DNA of 64,000 nucleotides, from assembly GCA_965208615.1 (NCBI GenBank), contig CBDBPB010000009.1, forward strand, positions 53,931 through 117,930. Direction: 5' to 3'. Under the pieces are notes generated by a model that saw nothing but the letters and a program-made list of their open reading frames with translations, was not told the DNA's origin and made no database searches. The stretch is from Spirochaetota bacterium. Its GTDB lineage: Bacteria; Spirochaetota; UBA6919; CBDBPB01. Numbering within the stretch: position 1 is the first letter of the stretch; each line of letters starts with the position of its first letter. This document shows, piece after piece, positions 30,185 to 40,525 of the stretch. Both the position numbers and the translations under genes were made by a program.

Positions 30185-30625
30185 TTACTCTAAATTATCC
30201 TCCATAATACCCTCAACAATCTTAACTACATCTTCAATAAAAGTATTACAACAATCCCTCTTAGCCCTGGCAATCTTAAATCCTTCAGCAGTACTAATAT
30301 CACAGTCAAGAAGTTTATTACAATCAGTCTCCTTATGTATATCCTTAAACTCTTTTGTAAAATCCATTATCTTAGTTTGAGTCTTGCTTTTAGATAACTT
30401 ATCATGATTATTAGCAGTTCCATACTTCATCCCCAAAACCATATATGCACCAGTCAAAGCACCACAAGTTAAACCCATCCTTGCAATACCCCCGCCAAAT
30501 GATGTTGCTAACTTAAAAAAAAGCTCATTATCTATATTAAAATCTTTGGTAAAAGCAGATAAAATAGATTGAGTGCAGTTAAACCCCTTTTTAAAGTTAT
30601 AAAGAGCAGTCTCACCCCTTGTCAT
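30185..30625 (-). CDS. C-GCAxxG-C-C family redox protein
   Basis: GFNCTQS, FGGG, TCGALTG, TDCNKLL, C-terminal Cys. Confidence 0.92.
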   Translation of the reverse strand: MTRGETALYNFKKGFNCTQSILSAFTKDFNIDNELFFKLATSFGGGIARMGLTCGALTGAYMVLGMKYGTANNHDKLSKSKTQTKIMDFTKEFKDIHKETDCNKLLDCDISTAEGFKIARAKRDCCNTFIEDVVKIVEGIMEDNLE

Positions 30626-30686
30626 AATAACCCCCTAAATAAAAATATAGCCATATATATAAAATAATTAAAATACAAACAATAAA

Positions 30687-31976
30687 CTATATAATAATTC
30701 CAGCCATACAAGCAGTCATAAACCCTGCTAACAATCCGCCCAGAAGAGACTTTAAGCCTAACTTTGCAAGCTCGTGAGACCTCTTTGGCACCATTGAACT
30801 AATACCTCCAATCATAACCCCTACTGATGCAAAATTAGCAAATCCGCAAAGTGCATAAGATAAAATAATCCCAGAACGCTCTGAAAAAACCTTAGCCTCA
30901 TTATTAATAAGCTTAGCCAAGTGATCATAAGCAACCCACTCGTTAATAATAGTCTTTTCAGCTAAAAGAATACCAGCCTTAACAGCCTCATCCCAAGGTA
31001 TACCAAGTAAAAATGCCACAGGTGCAAAAATATAACCAGCTATCCCCTGAATAGTAATAGGATTAGTAATTCCAAACCACTTTTGAGGTGCAGTTACAAA
31101 ATGATTAACAAAAAAAATCAATGCCACAAAAGCTAAAAGAATAGCCCCTATATTTAGGGCTAATTTAACACCATCCTTTGCCCCAGTAGCAGCCGCATCC
31201 AATATGTTAACAGTTTTAATAGGTATATTAACTTTTATATGCCCATAGGTCTCCGGTCTATCGGTTTCAGGAATTAGCATTTTAGCTAAAATAAATGCGG
31301 CCGGTGCACTCATAACACTAGCTGTTATTAAATGTCCTGCTATATTGGGTATGGCATCCTTAAGTAGAGCCACATACATAGCAAATACAGTACCTGCAAC
31401 AGTAGCCATTCCGCTAACCATTATAGCAAATAACTCAGACCTTGTAAGCCTCTCTAAAAAAGGCCTTATGGCAAGTGCAGACTCCACCATCCCTACAAAT
31501 ATGTTTGATGCCACTGCTAAACTCTCAGCTCCACTGGTTTTCATAGCCTTGGACATAATAACAGCAAAAAAATTAATAATATACTGCATAATACCAAGGT
31601 GGTATAAAATAGCCGTAAGAGATGATAAAAAAATTAATATCGGAAGTGCTCTAAATATAAAATTGTTAAATAATGGCTCGTCTATAGGACTCCTAGCTAA
31701 TAAAAAAGTCATTCCCTCATCAGTAAAGCCCAAAAGAACTATAATCATATCATTAATATTGCTAAATAACCATCCACCTGGACTCATTTTCAGTCCAGTA
31801 ATATCCTTTAGCCAAATATTAAAAAAACTATTAGGAATTATAATTATTCCAATAAAAAACTGAAAAGCAAAACCCCAAAAAACTAACTTCCAATTTATAT
31901 TCTTCCTAGAACTAGATAAAATGTATGCCACAACTACTATAGTAAGACAGCCCATAAAACTAATAAGCCTATACAT
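30687..31976 (-). CDS. Concentrative nucleoside transporter (NupC/CNT family)
   Basis: SNIFVGMVES, GMATVAG, ASVMSAPAA, INEWVAY, YALCGFANFAS. Confidence 0.95.
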   Translation of the reverse strand: MYRLISFMGCLTIVVVAYILSSSRKNINWKLVFWGFAFQFFIGIIIIPNSFFNIWLKDITGLKMSPGGWLFSNINDMIIVLLGFTDEGMTFLLARSPIDEPLFNNFIFRALPILIFLSSLTAILYHLGIMQYIINFFAVIMSKAMKTSGAESLAVASNIFVGMVESALAIRPFLERLTRSELFAIMVSGMATVAGTVFAMYVALLKDAIPNIAGHLITASVMSAPAAFILAKMLIPETDRPETYGHIKVNIPIKTVNILDAAATGAKDGVKLALNIGAILLAFVALIFFVNHFVTAPQKWFGITNPITIQGIAGYIFAPVAFLLGIPWDEAVKAGILLAEKTIINEWVAYDHLAKLINNEAKVFSERSGIILSYALCGFANFASVGVMIGGISSMVPKRSHELAKLGLKSLLGGLLAGFMTACMAGIII

Positions 31977-32080
31977 CTATCCCCCAATTTAAGTTAATAA
32001 ATAAAAATAACAAAAAATTAATGACCTTTATAGTTAATTTTGTTAATTTTAGCTTATAATATAAACCTAAGGAAAAAATA

Positions 32081-32551
32081 ATGAACGAATCCGATATCCA
32101 AGCCTTGCTTAAAAAACTTGGTGATTATATAGAAGAAATAAAAACTATATTTAATAATAATCCTGAAGAAAAATTATGCCATAAAATAAACAATAATACA
32201 TGGTCACCTAAAGAAATTTTAGGACATCTATTTGACGTTGAAATCGTTTATATATATCGCCTAAATAAAATTATAGAATCTGATAATAGCCCCTCATTCG
32301 ATATGATAAAACCTAGTGTTTGGGTGAATAGCCATAACTATAACTCATGGGATAGTCCATTGCTAATAGATGGAATAATAGCTATGAGGCGTAACCTAAT
32401 ATATTGGCTTGGTAGAGTGGATAAGTCAGCATGGTCAAAAGAAAGCCTACACAATGTTAGAGGTACTGAGTCCTTTAGAACAATAGTAGAACATATTACT
32501 AAACATACCGAAAGCCACTTTAATCAAATAAAAGATAGGCTAAATATATAG
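32081..32551 (+). CDS. DinB family protein
   Basis: WSPKEILGHL and C-terminal HTESHFNQI His ligands. Confidence 0.88.
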   Translation: MNESDIQALLKKLGDYIEEIKTIFNNNPEEKLCHKINNNTWSPKEILGHLFDVEIVYIYRLNKIIESDNSPSFDMIKPSVWVNSHNYNSWDSPLLIDGIIAMRRNLIYWLGRVDKSAWSKESLHNVRGTESFRTIVEHITKHTESHFNQIKDRLNI

Positions 32552-33316
32552 ATGGATTTTAGTAAAACTGCTTTTAGGTGTGTAGAAGAGACAAAAAGTA
32601 TATTTATAAATGGTTATCATAGCTTAAAAACTATAGAGTATAAAGGAGATATTAACCCAGTTACCTCTGTTGATAAAGCTGTTGAAAATAAAATTATTAG
32701 CATTATACGTTCTGATCACCCCTATCATAATATTCTCACCGAAGAAAGTAAACCCTTAAATCAATCTAGTGAGTATAGGTGGATTATTGATCCATTAGAT
32801 GGTACAGTGAACTTTGCACATAACATCCCCCACTTTGCCCTCTCTATTGCTTTAGAATACAGGAGTATAATGATCTTAGGCATTGTATACAACCCCATGA
32901 CCAATGAACTATTCTTTTCTGAAAAAAATAATGGGGCTTATCTTAATAATAAAAAAATAGCTGTCTCTCATATTAAGAATATTAAACATAGTCTTATTGC
33001 AACTGGTTTTCCTTATGATAGCTGGATAAATGCTGATCTTTATTCTAACGAGTTAAATAAGTTTTTAAAAACTGTCCAGGGTATAAGACGTGCAGGAGTA
33101 GCCTCCTTAGACCTTTGCTATTTGGCTTGTGGACGCTATGATGGCTTTTGGGAAAGAAAATTAAGCCCCTGGGATGTTGCCGCATCAATATTATTAATTG
33201 AAGAGGCTGGAGGTAAGGTATCCAACTTCTTAGGGGATAAATATACCTTTTCTCAGGATAATATTATAGCCTCAAACAACCATATACACAACGATATGAT
33301 TAAAATATTAAATTAG
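32552..33316 (+). CDS. suhB: Inositol monophosphatase
   Basis: WIIDPLDGTVNFAH, ATGFPY, PWDVAA. Confidence 0.93.
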   Translation: MDFSKTAFRCVEETKSIFINGYHSLKTIEYKGDINPVTSVDKAVENKIISIIRSDHPYHNILTEESKPLNQSSEYRWIIDPLDGTVNFAHNIPHFALSIALEYRSIMILGIVYNPMTNELFFSEKNNGAYLNNKKIAVSHIKNIKHSLIATGFPYDSWINADLYSNELNKFLKTVQGIRRAGVASLDLCYLACGRYDGFWERKLSPWDVAASILLIEEAGGKVSNFLGDKYTFSQDNIIASNNHIHNDMIKILN

Positions 33317-33438
33317 TTTCCAAGCTATAATTTAATATGGAAAGTTAAATGATATATAAATTAGGTAAATTTAATTTTAATAGTTGAAAAATTATAAAAA
33401 AAAGTTAACTAATATATATATATATATTTCTTTTTAAG

Positions 33439-33540
33439 AAAAAAAAAAGGCGATCATATTAACGTTACTGGGAGGGGATAGTTAATACGAATTCGCCTTC
33501 CATACTTATGATTATTAACCTCAATAAAATTATTCGGTAA
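33439..33540 (-). ncRNA. Candidate small RNA ending in an intrinsic terminator with a C-rich (anti-SD-like) loop
   Basis: Minus strand AAGGCGA-ATTC-GTATTAAC-[TATCCCCTCCCAGTAAC]-GTTAATAT-GA-TCGCCTT ending in a T10 run. Both flanking genes are on plus, so no minus CDS explains the terminator. GG-N10-GC motif at 33564-33551. Confidence 0.5.
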
Positions 33541-33972
33541 TTAATATGGTGCAACTTAATAACCTAATATTTTTTTTTTAGCTTTTTGATAATAAACTTT
33601 TTAAATGTTTTATGATATATTAGTGATTAAACTATTAAATTATATTATACAAGCTAGATAAACAATTATTATAAGATTTTTTTTTATAGTAATATGCTAT
33701 TTTTTTATTGTTTATAGTAAAGTTGTTGTAAACTATGGAGCAGTAAGGCGTATAAAAATATTTAGATTTTGTTTAACCATGTCGAAAATTATGATAACAA
33801 TGGTAATACTAAAAAAATTAAAGAATTATTTTATATATACCGTTAGTTTATGTTAATTATAGAGTATGACAGGTTAAATTTATACTTTTTTAATAAACTA
33901 GTATTAATAGTTAAATATATTGTTTATTAGCTCTAAAAAGACTTATAGTAAAATTATTTGGAGGTTTCCTTC

Positions 33973-36900
33973 ATGGAAAATGAAGAGATAACTGACAACA
34001 TTGATGATGAAATAGAAGATGATGAAGAGACTGATAACAAAAACTCTATTATAAATGATCTTTTTAGTGGAATAGACCTCCCTGGCGATAAAGAACGTAT
34101 ATCTACTAAAAACGATTATAAAAACGAACAAGCTTTAGAAAATATAGAAAGTACTGAAATAGATGAAGACGATAATAGATTTTATGACCCTGCTCCACTT
34201 GTTGAGTATAATAGACCAGAACTAAAAACTGATAAAAAAAGACATATTACCACTAATGACCTAAATAAACTATTCTCAGACTATGATAGAACTATAGCTG
34301 GAGGAAAACCTGATAATCAAGAACCAATTTTTGGTAAAGATATTGAACCTGAAAAAAAAATAGCTGACCTCCCAGAACTTCAAAACCAAAAACTATTTAA
34401 TGAAAAGCCCTATGATTCACTGGTAGATGAGGAATTGTCACCTAATATGGGGCAAGAAGAACCTGAAAGTACACAGAATATTGAAGAGGATAATATAATA
34501 AGTGATTTTGATGAAAAATTTGATGAGACACCTATAGATATACCAAAAAAAGACTTTAGTGATATAGCCTCTGAGGAAGATGAACAAAAAACTAGTACCG
34601 ATTTTGACGACATGGATGACCTCATAGAAGAAATAGACAAAGTTGAAGATAAAAATAACATTGAAGATGAAGATACAGAATCAGAATTTAGTGATTTAAT
34701 TGCAATAAATAGTGATAAAGAAAATGATAAAAAAAGTACTACTACCCTTGATGAACTAGAAGGTGCTGTTAAACCACTAAAAAATGAATTTGATCTTATA
34801 CCTAAAATAGAAGAGATAGAAGAACTTATTGAAAGTCAAGAAGAATCCCCTACAGTAGAGCCTACAACAGAAGAAGATATACAAAAAGAAGAACCTAGTT
34901 TAGTAGAAGAACTAATAGAAGAACCTAGTTTAGTAGAAGAACCAATAAAGGATATCCCCGAACTAGATGATAAATCTTTAGAAAGTAGTAGCTTTGATTT
35001 GAAAGATAACCTTAACCTCTCTGATATAAGTGCTGAAAAACAAACTATAGAAAAAGAACTTATAGAAGAGCCTCAAAAAGAAAAGGTTATAGACCTGCAA
35101 GATGAAATTACCAATGATAAAGAGCTTTATTTTACCGATAAAGAAATTGAAACCATACAAAAAAACTTGCAGAGCCTAGCAAGTCCTATTTCTGATATTG
35201 CAACTGATGTAATTGTTAATGAAAAACTAGAAGTACCAATGCTTAATAGTCTTACCGCTCTCCTATTGGAACCAAAACCCAATATCGATAAAATTAAGAC
35301 ATTTATCGAGGATAATGTAGGAATTAGTATTAAAGATAAGTATCCAACAAAAATACAAAAAGAGCCTAAGCCATCTACTAGTAATAAAGCTTTTATCACT
35401 ATTGCAGCATTAGTTATTATTGCTGTTGGTACTCTTCTATACTATTTGCTGCTTGATCATAGGACAGCTAAAACAGAAAACTATGAAATTGGTCTTGGTC
35501 ATATTCACACAGCTATTCCCAATTACTCATACGCTGAACAAAAGTTTAATCAGGCTAAAAAAGCTAGTAATAAAAAAGATATTAACTGGTATAATAAATA
35601 TGCTGAAGAGTATATTATAAGAGGAGATGAAAAAGCAATAGAGCTTGCTGAAAAAAAACTAATTGAAGCAGAAAAGATTGATCCGAAAAATAAAGATACA
35701 AGAAGTTTGTTTGCAAAGCTATATACACAAAAAGCACAGATTTTAGCATATAATAATAAAAATGGTGTGAATAGATCTTTTGAGTTAGCTTTTAGTAAAG
35801 GTTTTAATCATATAGAAGAAAATGACAATACCCTAGATCAAAAAGCAAGGACATATATTACTTTCGGAGATATTTTACTAAAAAAAAATAAAGAAACTGA
35901 TGCCAAAGAGCAATATAATAAAGCTGAGAATATATATAAAAAAATAAGCTCTTCTAATAAGGATAGCCTATTAGCGCTATATGGAAGTTTAAGACTTTCT
36001 TTACGTCCTAATAAATCAAACCCAGATGATATTTATAATAGTATTAAAAATCATGATATAAGTGATGCAGATGAGGTCGCCATTACTGAATATGCAACTG
36101 ACTTACTTAATAGAAATCGACAAGATAAAGCCTTAGATGTTTTAAAAATAGTAATAAATAAGGATAAGCCGTATCCTGAGGCCTACTATGCACTTGGAAG
36201 GCTATATAAACAAAAACCTGTTGACATAAATAAAAGCTTAAAAAGCTATCAAAAAGGACTATTAGCCTATTACATTAACTATTTTTTTGATGCTAGCCAT
36301 AAAAGCTTTGCCGACCTTAATAAAGGTAAAACACCTCAAGATCAGGCAGAATCCTTTAAAAATAATATGTCTAAGGCAATTACTCTAATCAAATATGATA
36401 TGAACCCTATTAATAATGTAGTACAAGCTAAAATATTTAACGATATTGGTGAAAACTATTTGTACAAGTCTAATGATTTATCAAATCGCATACCCAGAGA
36501 AAAAGAATATAAAAAAGATCTAATATCAGTTGCAAAAAAGAACTTTTATTTTTCTATTAGTAAAGAAAATAAAAACTATAAGCCATTAGAGAATCTAGGT
36601 AATCTTTCGTACTCCGAAGCCATAAACAGCCCTAAACCACAACCAGATGCCGAAACTGTAGAAGAAGGCTTAAAAACAATATATCAAAAACCAAAGAAAT
36701 ACTACTTTTATGCCATTAATTTGATGACTAACAAAGGTAAGCCTAATAATGATAATATTAATGACTTATTAATAAAAGAAGCAGGAAGTAATAAAGTTAG
36801 CCCAACTCTATATTATAGAATGGGTTATATTTATTACAAAGAAGGGAAATATAAAAATGCTTCGGCTGTTTGGCAAGCCGTTAAATCAAGTGATGAAAAG

Positions 36901-37344
36901 TTTAATCCAAACCTAAACTTTGGTTTAGCCAATTCTTATTTAAAAGAACAGGAGTATGAGTTAGCTCAAATGTATTATCAAAATGTAATTGATAGCTTTA
37001 AGAGTCTCGCTAACAAATATGAGTCTAACCCTGATCCATCCAACCCTATACAAAAAAAGGTTTATGCAAGGCTTGCTAGTGCCCATAATAACATTGGAGT
37101 AAGCCATCATATGCGGGCAGAAAAATATAATAACTCCAAATTTAAAGATGATGCACTATATCACTATCAAATGGCTCACCAATACTATTCAAAGCTGGAT
37201 CACAAAGCATATTTGCATGCAAAAGCATGGAACACAAAATTATTAAATTGGGTACAAAATAGAAGTATTACACTTAAACAACGAAATACTTCAATAGATA
37301 GAATGCTCTTAGGCAGAGTCGAACCCTATTTAAACTCTGATTAG
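33973..37344 (+). CDS. flcA: Periplasmic flagellar collar protein FlcA-like (acidic N-terminus, single TM, TPR domain)
   Basis: ~450-aa Asp/Glu-rich N-terminus, one TM (AFITIAALVIIAVGTLLYYLLL), long TPR region; same architecture as spirochaete FlcA; ATG 33973 behind GGAGG. Confidence 0.7.
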   Translation: MENEEITDNIDDEIEDDEETDNKNSIINDLFSGIDLPGDKERISTKNDYKNEQALENIESTEIDEDDNRFYDPAPLVEYNRPELKTDKKRHITTNDLNKLFSDYDRTIAGGKPDNQEPIFGKDIEPEKKIADLPELQNQKLFNEKPYDSLVDEELSPNMGQEEPESTQNIEEDNIISDFDEKFDETPIDIPKKDFSDIASEEDEQKTSTDFDDMDDLIEEIDKVEDKNNIEDEDTESEFSDLIAINSDKENDKKSTTTLDELEGAVKPLKNEFDLIPKIEEIEELIESQEESPTVEPTTEEDIQKEEPSLVEELIEEPSLVEEPIKDIPELDDKSLESSSFDLKDNLNLSDISAEKQTIEKELIEEPQKEKVIDLQDEITNDKELYFTDKEIETIQKNLQSLASPISDIATDVIVNEKLEVPMLNSLTALLLEPKPNIDKIKTFIEDNVGISIKDKYPTKIQKEPKPSTSNKAFITIAALVIIAVGTLLYYLLLDHRTAKTENYEIGLGHIHTAIPNYSYAEQKFNQAKKASNKKDINWYNKYAEEYIIRGDEKAIELAEKKLIEAEKIDPKNKDTRSLFAKLYTQKAQILAYNNKNGVNRSFELAFSKGFNHIEENDNTLDQKARTYITFGDILLKKNKETDAKEQYNKAENIYKKISSSNKDSLLALYGSLRLSLRPNKSNPDDIYNSIKNHDISDADEVAITEYATDLLNRNRQDKALDVLKIVINKDKPYPEAYYALGRLYKQKPVDINKSLKSYQKGLLAYYINYFFDASHKSFADLNKGKTPQDQAESFKNNMSKAITLIKYDMNPINNVVQAKIFNDIGENYLYKSNDLSNRIPREKEYKKDLISVAKKNFYFSISKENKNYKPLENLGNLSYSEAINSPKPQPDAETVEEGLKTIYQKPKKYYFYAINLMTNKGKPNNDNINDLLIKEAGSNKVSPTLYYRMGYIYYKEGKYKNASAVWQAVKSSDEKFNPNLNFGLANSYLKEQEYELAQMYYQNVIDSFKSLANKYESNPDPSNPIQKKVYARLASAHNNIGVSHHMRAEKYNNSKFKDDALYHYQMAHQYYSKLDHKAYLHAKAWNTKLLNWVQNRSITLKQRNTSIDRMLLGRVEPYLNSD
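34888..34947 (+). repeat. 30-bp in-frame tandem duplication (EEPSLVEELI/EEPSLVEEPI)
   Basis: GAAGAACCTAGTTTAGTAGAAGAAC(T/C)AATA twice. Confidence 0.9.
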
Positions 37345-37503
37345 CCCATGCAATTTGTTTTTTTTTATAAAATACTTAAGAAAAATAATAATTAGTTTCA
37401 ACATTTAGCAAATAAAGCTTTTCATAAAAGCCATCATTATATTATATTAATAATAAATTAAACTAATTAAACCATTGATAACTTTTTTAAATAAATTAAG
37501 ATT

Positions 37504-38202
37504 ATGACTCAAAAAGATAATACAATCATGAATAAGTTTTTAGAGTTTTTTTATAGCCCGTATATAATTATATTCATTGGAGTTATATTAATCAACTTAT
37601 CATTATTCTTTCCTTATCTTGCTATAATAGACGGAACTAATAAGATTTTAATTAGTGTTAATAAGTTGCTCGTTAACTTTCTTGAAAAGGATATTATTAT
37701 AACAATCATATTAGTTTTACTTTTTTATCCATTTACTTACAGTATGTTAGTTATTTTATTTATACCCTTTAACATAAAGAAAAATAAACTAATCCATCTT
37801 AGAAAGCCAGCAATCTTAGTGAACTATCTTGGCATGATAATTAACTTCTTTATTTATTTCGGTTGGTATTTTAGTTATCCAAGAAAAGGTGTTATAGGAT
37901 TATTATTCGGCATTATCATAATTGGAACAATGTTATTTCTATACTATTATTATGGGCGAACCATAAAGGCTCAAAAAGAAATGTGGGTTAAAATAGTTTA
38001 TCTGGTTGCAAGAGGAAGCTGGTTAAATCTAATTTCTTTCATTCTTATCATATCAATTATAGTTTATTCGGATAAACTGAGCTTAATGCTAGGGTCTTAT
38101 ATATCCCTAATGGGAGCAATATTTATAATATCGGGACTAAACCTTTATATTTATTATAACAAATATAAAAATAAAAGTAGTTTTGTTGATCTCCCTGAAT
38201 AG
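37504..38202 (+). CDS. Hypothetical polytopic membrane protein
   Basis: About six hydrophobic segments. Confidence 0.75.
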   Translation: MTQKDNTIMNKFLEFFYSPYIIIFIGVILINLSLFFPYLAIIDGTNKILISVNKLLVNFLEKDIIITIILVLLFYPFTYSMLVILFIPFNIKKNKLIHLRKPAILVNYLGMIINFFIYFGWYFSYPRKGVIGLLFGIIIIGTMLFLYYYYGRTIKAQKEMWVKIVYLVARGSWLNLISFILIISIIVYSDKLSLMLGSYISLMGAIFIISGLNLYIYYNKYKNKSSFVDLPE

Positions 38203-38205
38203 CCC

Positions 38206-39798
38206 TTAACTTTTATCTGTATAGTGCATATAGTTAATCTCAGGGAATATATTATTCTTCCCCTCAATATTACTTAACCAACCTTCATCTATTTGCCTAT
38301 TCGTAATCATATCATAAAGGGTATGGAAATATTGAATATGTTCTTTTGTTCGTCTAATAGCATACTCCACCATAGTATCGGTGGTCATAATAAATGCCCA
38401 ATCACTACTCTGGGCTAAGAGTAATTCCCTTGCCAACTGATTTAATGCTCTTTTTATTAAGTGATCTTTAGTATCTTTATATGTATTAGCGGCATTTATC
38501 ATATTATCTGTACACTTGTGCAAGTGACGGTATATCCAATCATTATTGCCATTAAGCCAAACCTCAGAATAGCCTTTATTACCCCAACTAGAAAATGATG
38601 GAGTTGATACCTGATTCTCAGGATAAATATTTAAATACTCAGACGGAGTTATAGTAGAAACACTATTCTGATCGTGATATATCTTTCTTAACAAAAAGTC
38701 AATAAAGTTTGGCCCCTCATACCACCAATGACCAAATAACTCACAGTCATAGGGAGCTACAATTAAAGGAGACCTATCCATAAAAGAAGACAAATGTTTA
38801 ACTTGCTCTTCTCTATTAAACATAAAATTACCAGCATGACTACTAGCAGTATCCATAGCCTTCTGATAGTTATACGGCCTTTTATCAGATGTCTTACCAG
38901 TAATACTATAATACTTTATACCAGTCATAATCCTAAGGCCGCTCTCATGAATATAAGGGCTAATATAGTCTTTATCAAGATCGAAACCAATATCCCTATA
39001 AAACTCTCGATAGTTATAATCCCCAGGATAACCAACCTTAGCACTCCATACGGCCTGACCACTCTCTAAATCACGACCAAAAGCAGATACACCATTATTA
39101 CAGTATAAAGGTGCAAATACACCATACTTAGGTCTTTTATCTGCATATAATATACCATGGGTCTCTACAAAGAAATACCTAATATTATTATTTATTAAAT
39201 GCTTTTCTAATTTAGGAAAATACCCGCATTCACCATTCCATATACCTTTTGGTGAACAGTTAAAAAAACGTTCATAAGAATCTTTAGCAATGCCTATCTG
39301 AGCGTTAACAGCATTGGGATACATCTCCATTAAAGGCATAAAACCATGAGTTGCACCACAAGTTATTATTTCTATTTTACCAAGGTCTTGTAAGTTTTTA
39401 AAAGAAGTTATCAAATTCTTTTTATACTTATCCACAAAAAACCAGCGACAATGCTCAAACTTAGACAAATACATCTTAGCAGTTTCATTAAACTCTGGCG
39501 TATTCTTGGTTCTGTCAATTTCTTTATGAGCAAGCTCAATAAGCTTATTTATATGAACTTCGTATCTATCCTGCAATAGCGGATCAGCAAACATATTAGT
39601 TAATGGAGGAGTTAAAGATAAAGTTACCCTAAAATCTATATTATCCCTTACAAGCCCCTCAAATACCGTCAAAAGAGGAATGTAAGTCTCTGTAATGGCC
39701 TCATAAAACCAGTCCTCTTCCAAAAAATCATCATACTCAGGATGCCGTACATAAGGTAAATGAGCATGCAACACTAACATTAAATATCCGGCAGACAT
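38206..39798 (-). CDS. GH57 1,4-alpha-glucan branching enzyme (DUF1957)
   Basis: LHAHLPYVRHP, EAITETYIPL, GIWNGECGY, PYDCELFGHWWYEG, RELLLAQSSDWAF. Confidence 0.95.
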   Translation of the reverse strand: MSAGYLMLVLHAHLPYVRHPEYDDFLEEDWFYEAITETYIPLLTVFEGLVRDNIDFRVTLSLTPPLTNMFADPLLQDRYEVHINKLIELAHKEIDRTKNTPEFNETAKMYLSKFEHCRWFFVDKYKKNLITSFKNLQDLGKIEIITCGATHGFMPLMEMYPNAVNAQIGIAKDSYERFFNCSPKGIWNGECGYFPKLEKHLINNNIRYFFVETHGILYADKRPKYGVFAPLYCNNGVSAFGRDLESGQAVWSAKVGYPGDYNYREFYRDIGFDLDKDYISPYIHESGLRIMTGIKYYSITGKTSDKRPYNYQKAMDTASSHAGNFMFNREEQVKHLSSFMDRSPLIVAPYDCELFGHWWYEGPNFIDFLLRKIYHDQNSVSTITPSEYLNIYPENQVSTPSFSSWGNKGYSEVWLNGNNDWIYRHLHKCTDNMINAANTYKDTKDHLIKRALNQLARELLLAQSSDWAFIMTTDTMVEYAIRRTKEHIQYFHTLYDMITNRQIDEGWLSNIEGKNNIFPEINYMHYTDKS

Positions 39799-39906
39799 TA
39801 AACTCCCCTTTTATATTAAGACTACTACATTACAAACAACCCACCCCAACCTAAATAAATACTTCACTCCCCATCAAGATTACCCATAAATACTATATAA
39901 GTCAAG

Positions 39907-40497
39907 TTAAAAAAAATCTTTTATGCTTTCATGAGGTGATGGAATTATTCTAAGATTTAATAGGCACTCTCTATCCGTTAATACGCTCTTAGCCTCTTCT
40001 ATGGCCGACTGTATATTATAAAGCTCGCCTAATATTATAAAGTATGACTTACCCCCTAAACCATTTGCAAGACGTAACTCTCTTAAATGTATATCAGAGG
40101 TTTTACAAGCTTTATCCGCAGATACAATCGCCGAAGCAACTGTTTTACTCTCTACTATTGCCATTGCATTCAATTTATAAGGTTTATTTAGTCCCAAAAT
40201 AGCTGGTATAATCTGCATATCCAAATTAGCTATAATAAAGTGGTCAAATATATAATCCTTTTCCACCTCCAAGCCCTTATATATAGACTCCTCCACTGAG
40301 GCTAAATCACCAGTAAACACTGTTATAAACCTACCAAGGGATATAGGTTTAGCCTCCAACACCTTTATAGGAGCTGTTTTAACCATAGTATCAAGGCTAT
40401 TAATACCAGCAGAAATACTAGTATACTCAACCAAACCCAATACTATATTATCCTTAGGTAGACTTTTCATTATAGAGAGCCTATTTATCCTACTCAT
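39907..40497 (-). CDS. Tandem-domain bacterial microcompartment shell protein (PduT-like BMC-T)
   Basis: GLVEYTSISAGINSLDTMVK, GDLASVE, IVESKTVASAIVSADKACK, LANGLGGK, IIPSPH align with PduT. Confidence 0.88.
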   Translation of the reverse strand: MSRINRLSIMKSLPKDNIVLGLVEYTSISAGINSLDTMVKTAPIKVLEAKPISLGRFITVFTGDLASVEESIYKGLEVEKDYIFDHFIIANLDMQIIPAILGLNKPYKLNAMAIVESKTVASAIVSADKACKTSDIHLRELRLANGLGGKSYFIILGELYNIQSAIEEAKSVLTDRECLLNLRIIPSPHESIKDFF

Positions 40498-40525
40498 AAC
40501 TATATATGATAACTTATCCCAAGTA

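Noticed and set aside
11196-30625. Selenocysteine recoding in ArsS or the C-GCAxxG-C-C protein
   Set aside because: Both have ordinary Cys codons, full length and TAA stops; no in-frame TGA.
33449-33497. GGCGAT...TTCGCC resembling a fluoride riboswitch
   Set aside because: Long insertion, no GATGG/pseudoknot partner and no fluoride-related gene downstream.
33465-33503. 12-codon minus-strand ORF MEGEFVLTIPSQ inside the hairpin
   Set aside because: Nearest GAGG is about 15 nt upstream and the ORF lies within the terminator stem; a leader peptide has no downstream minus gene to control.
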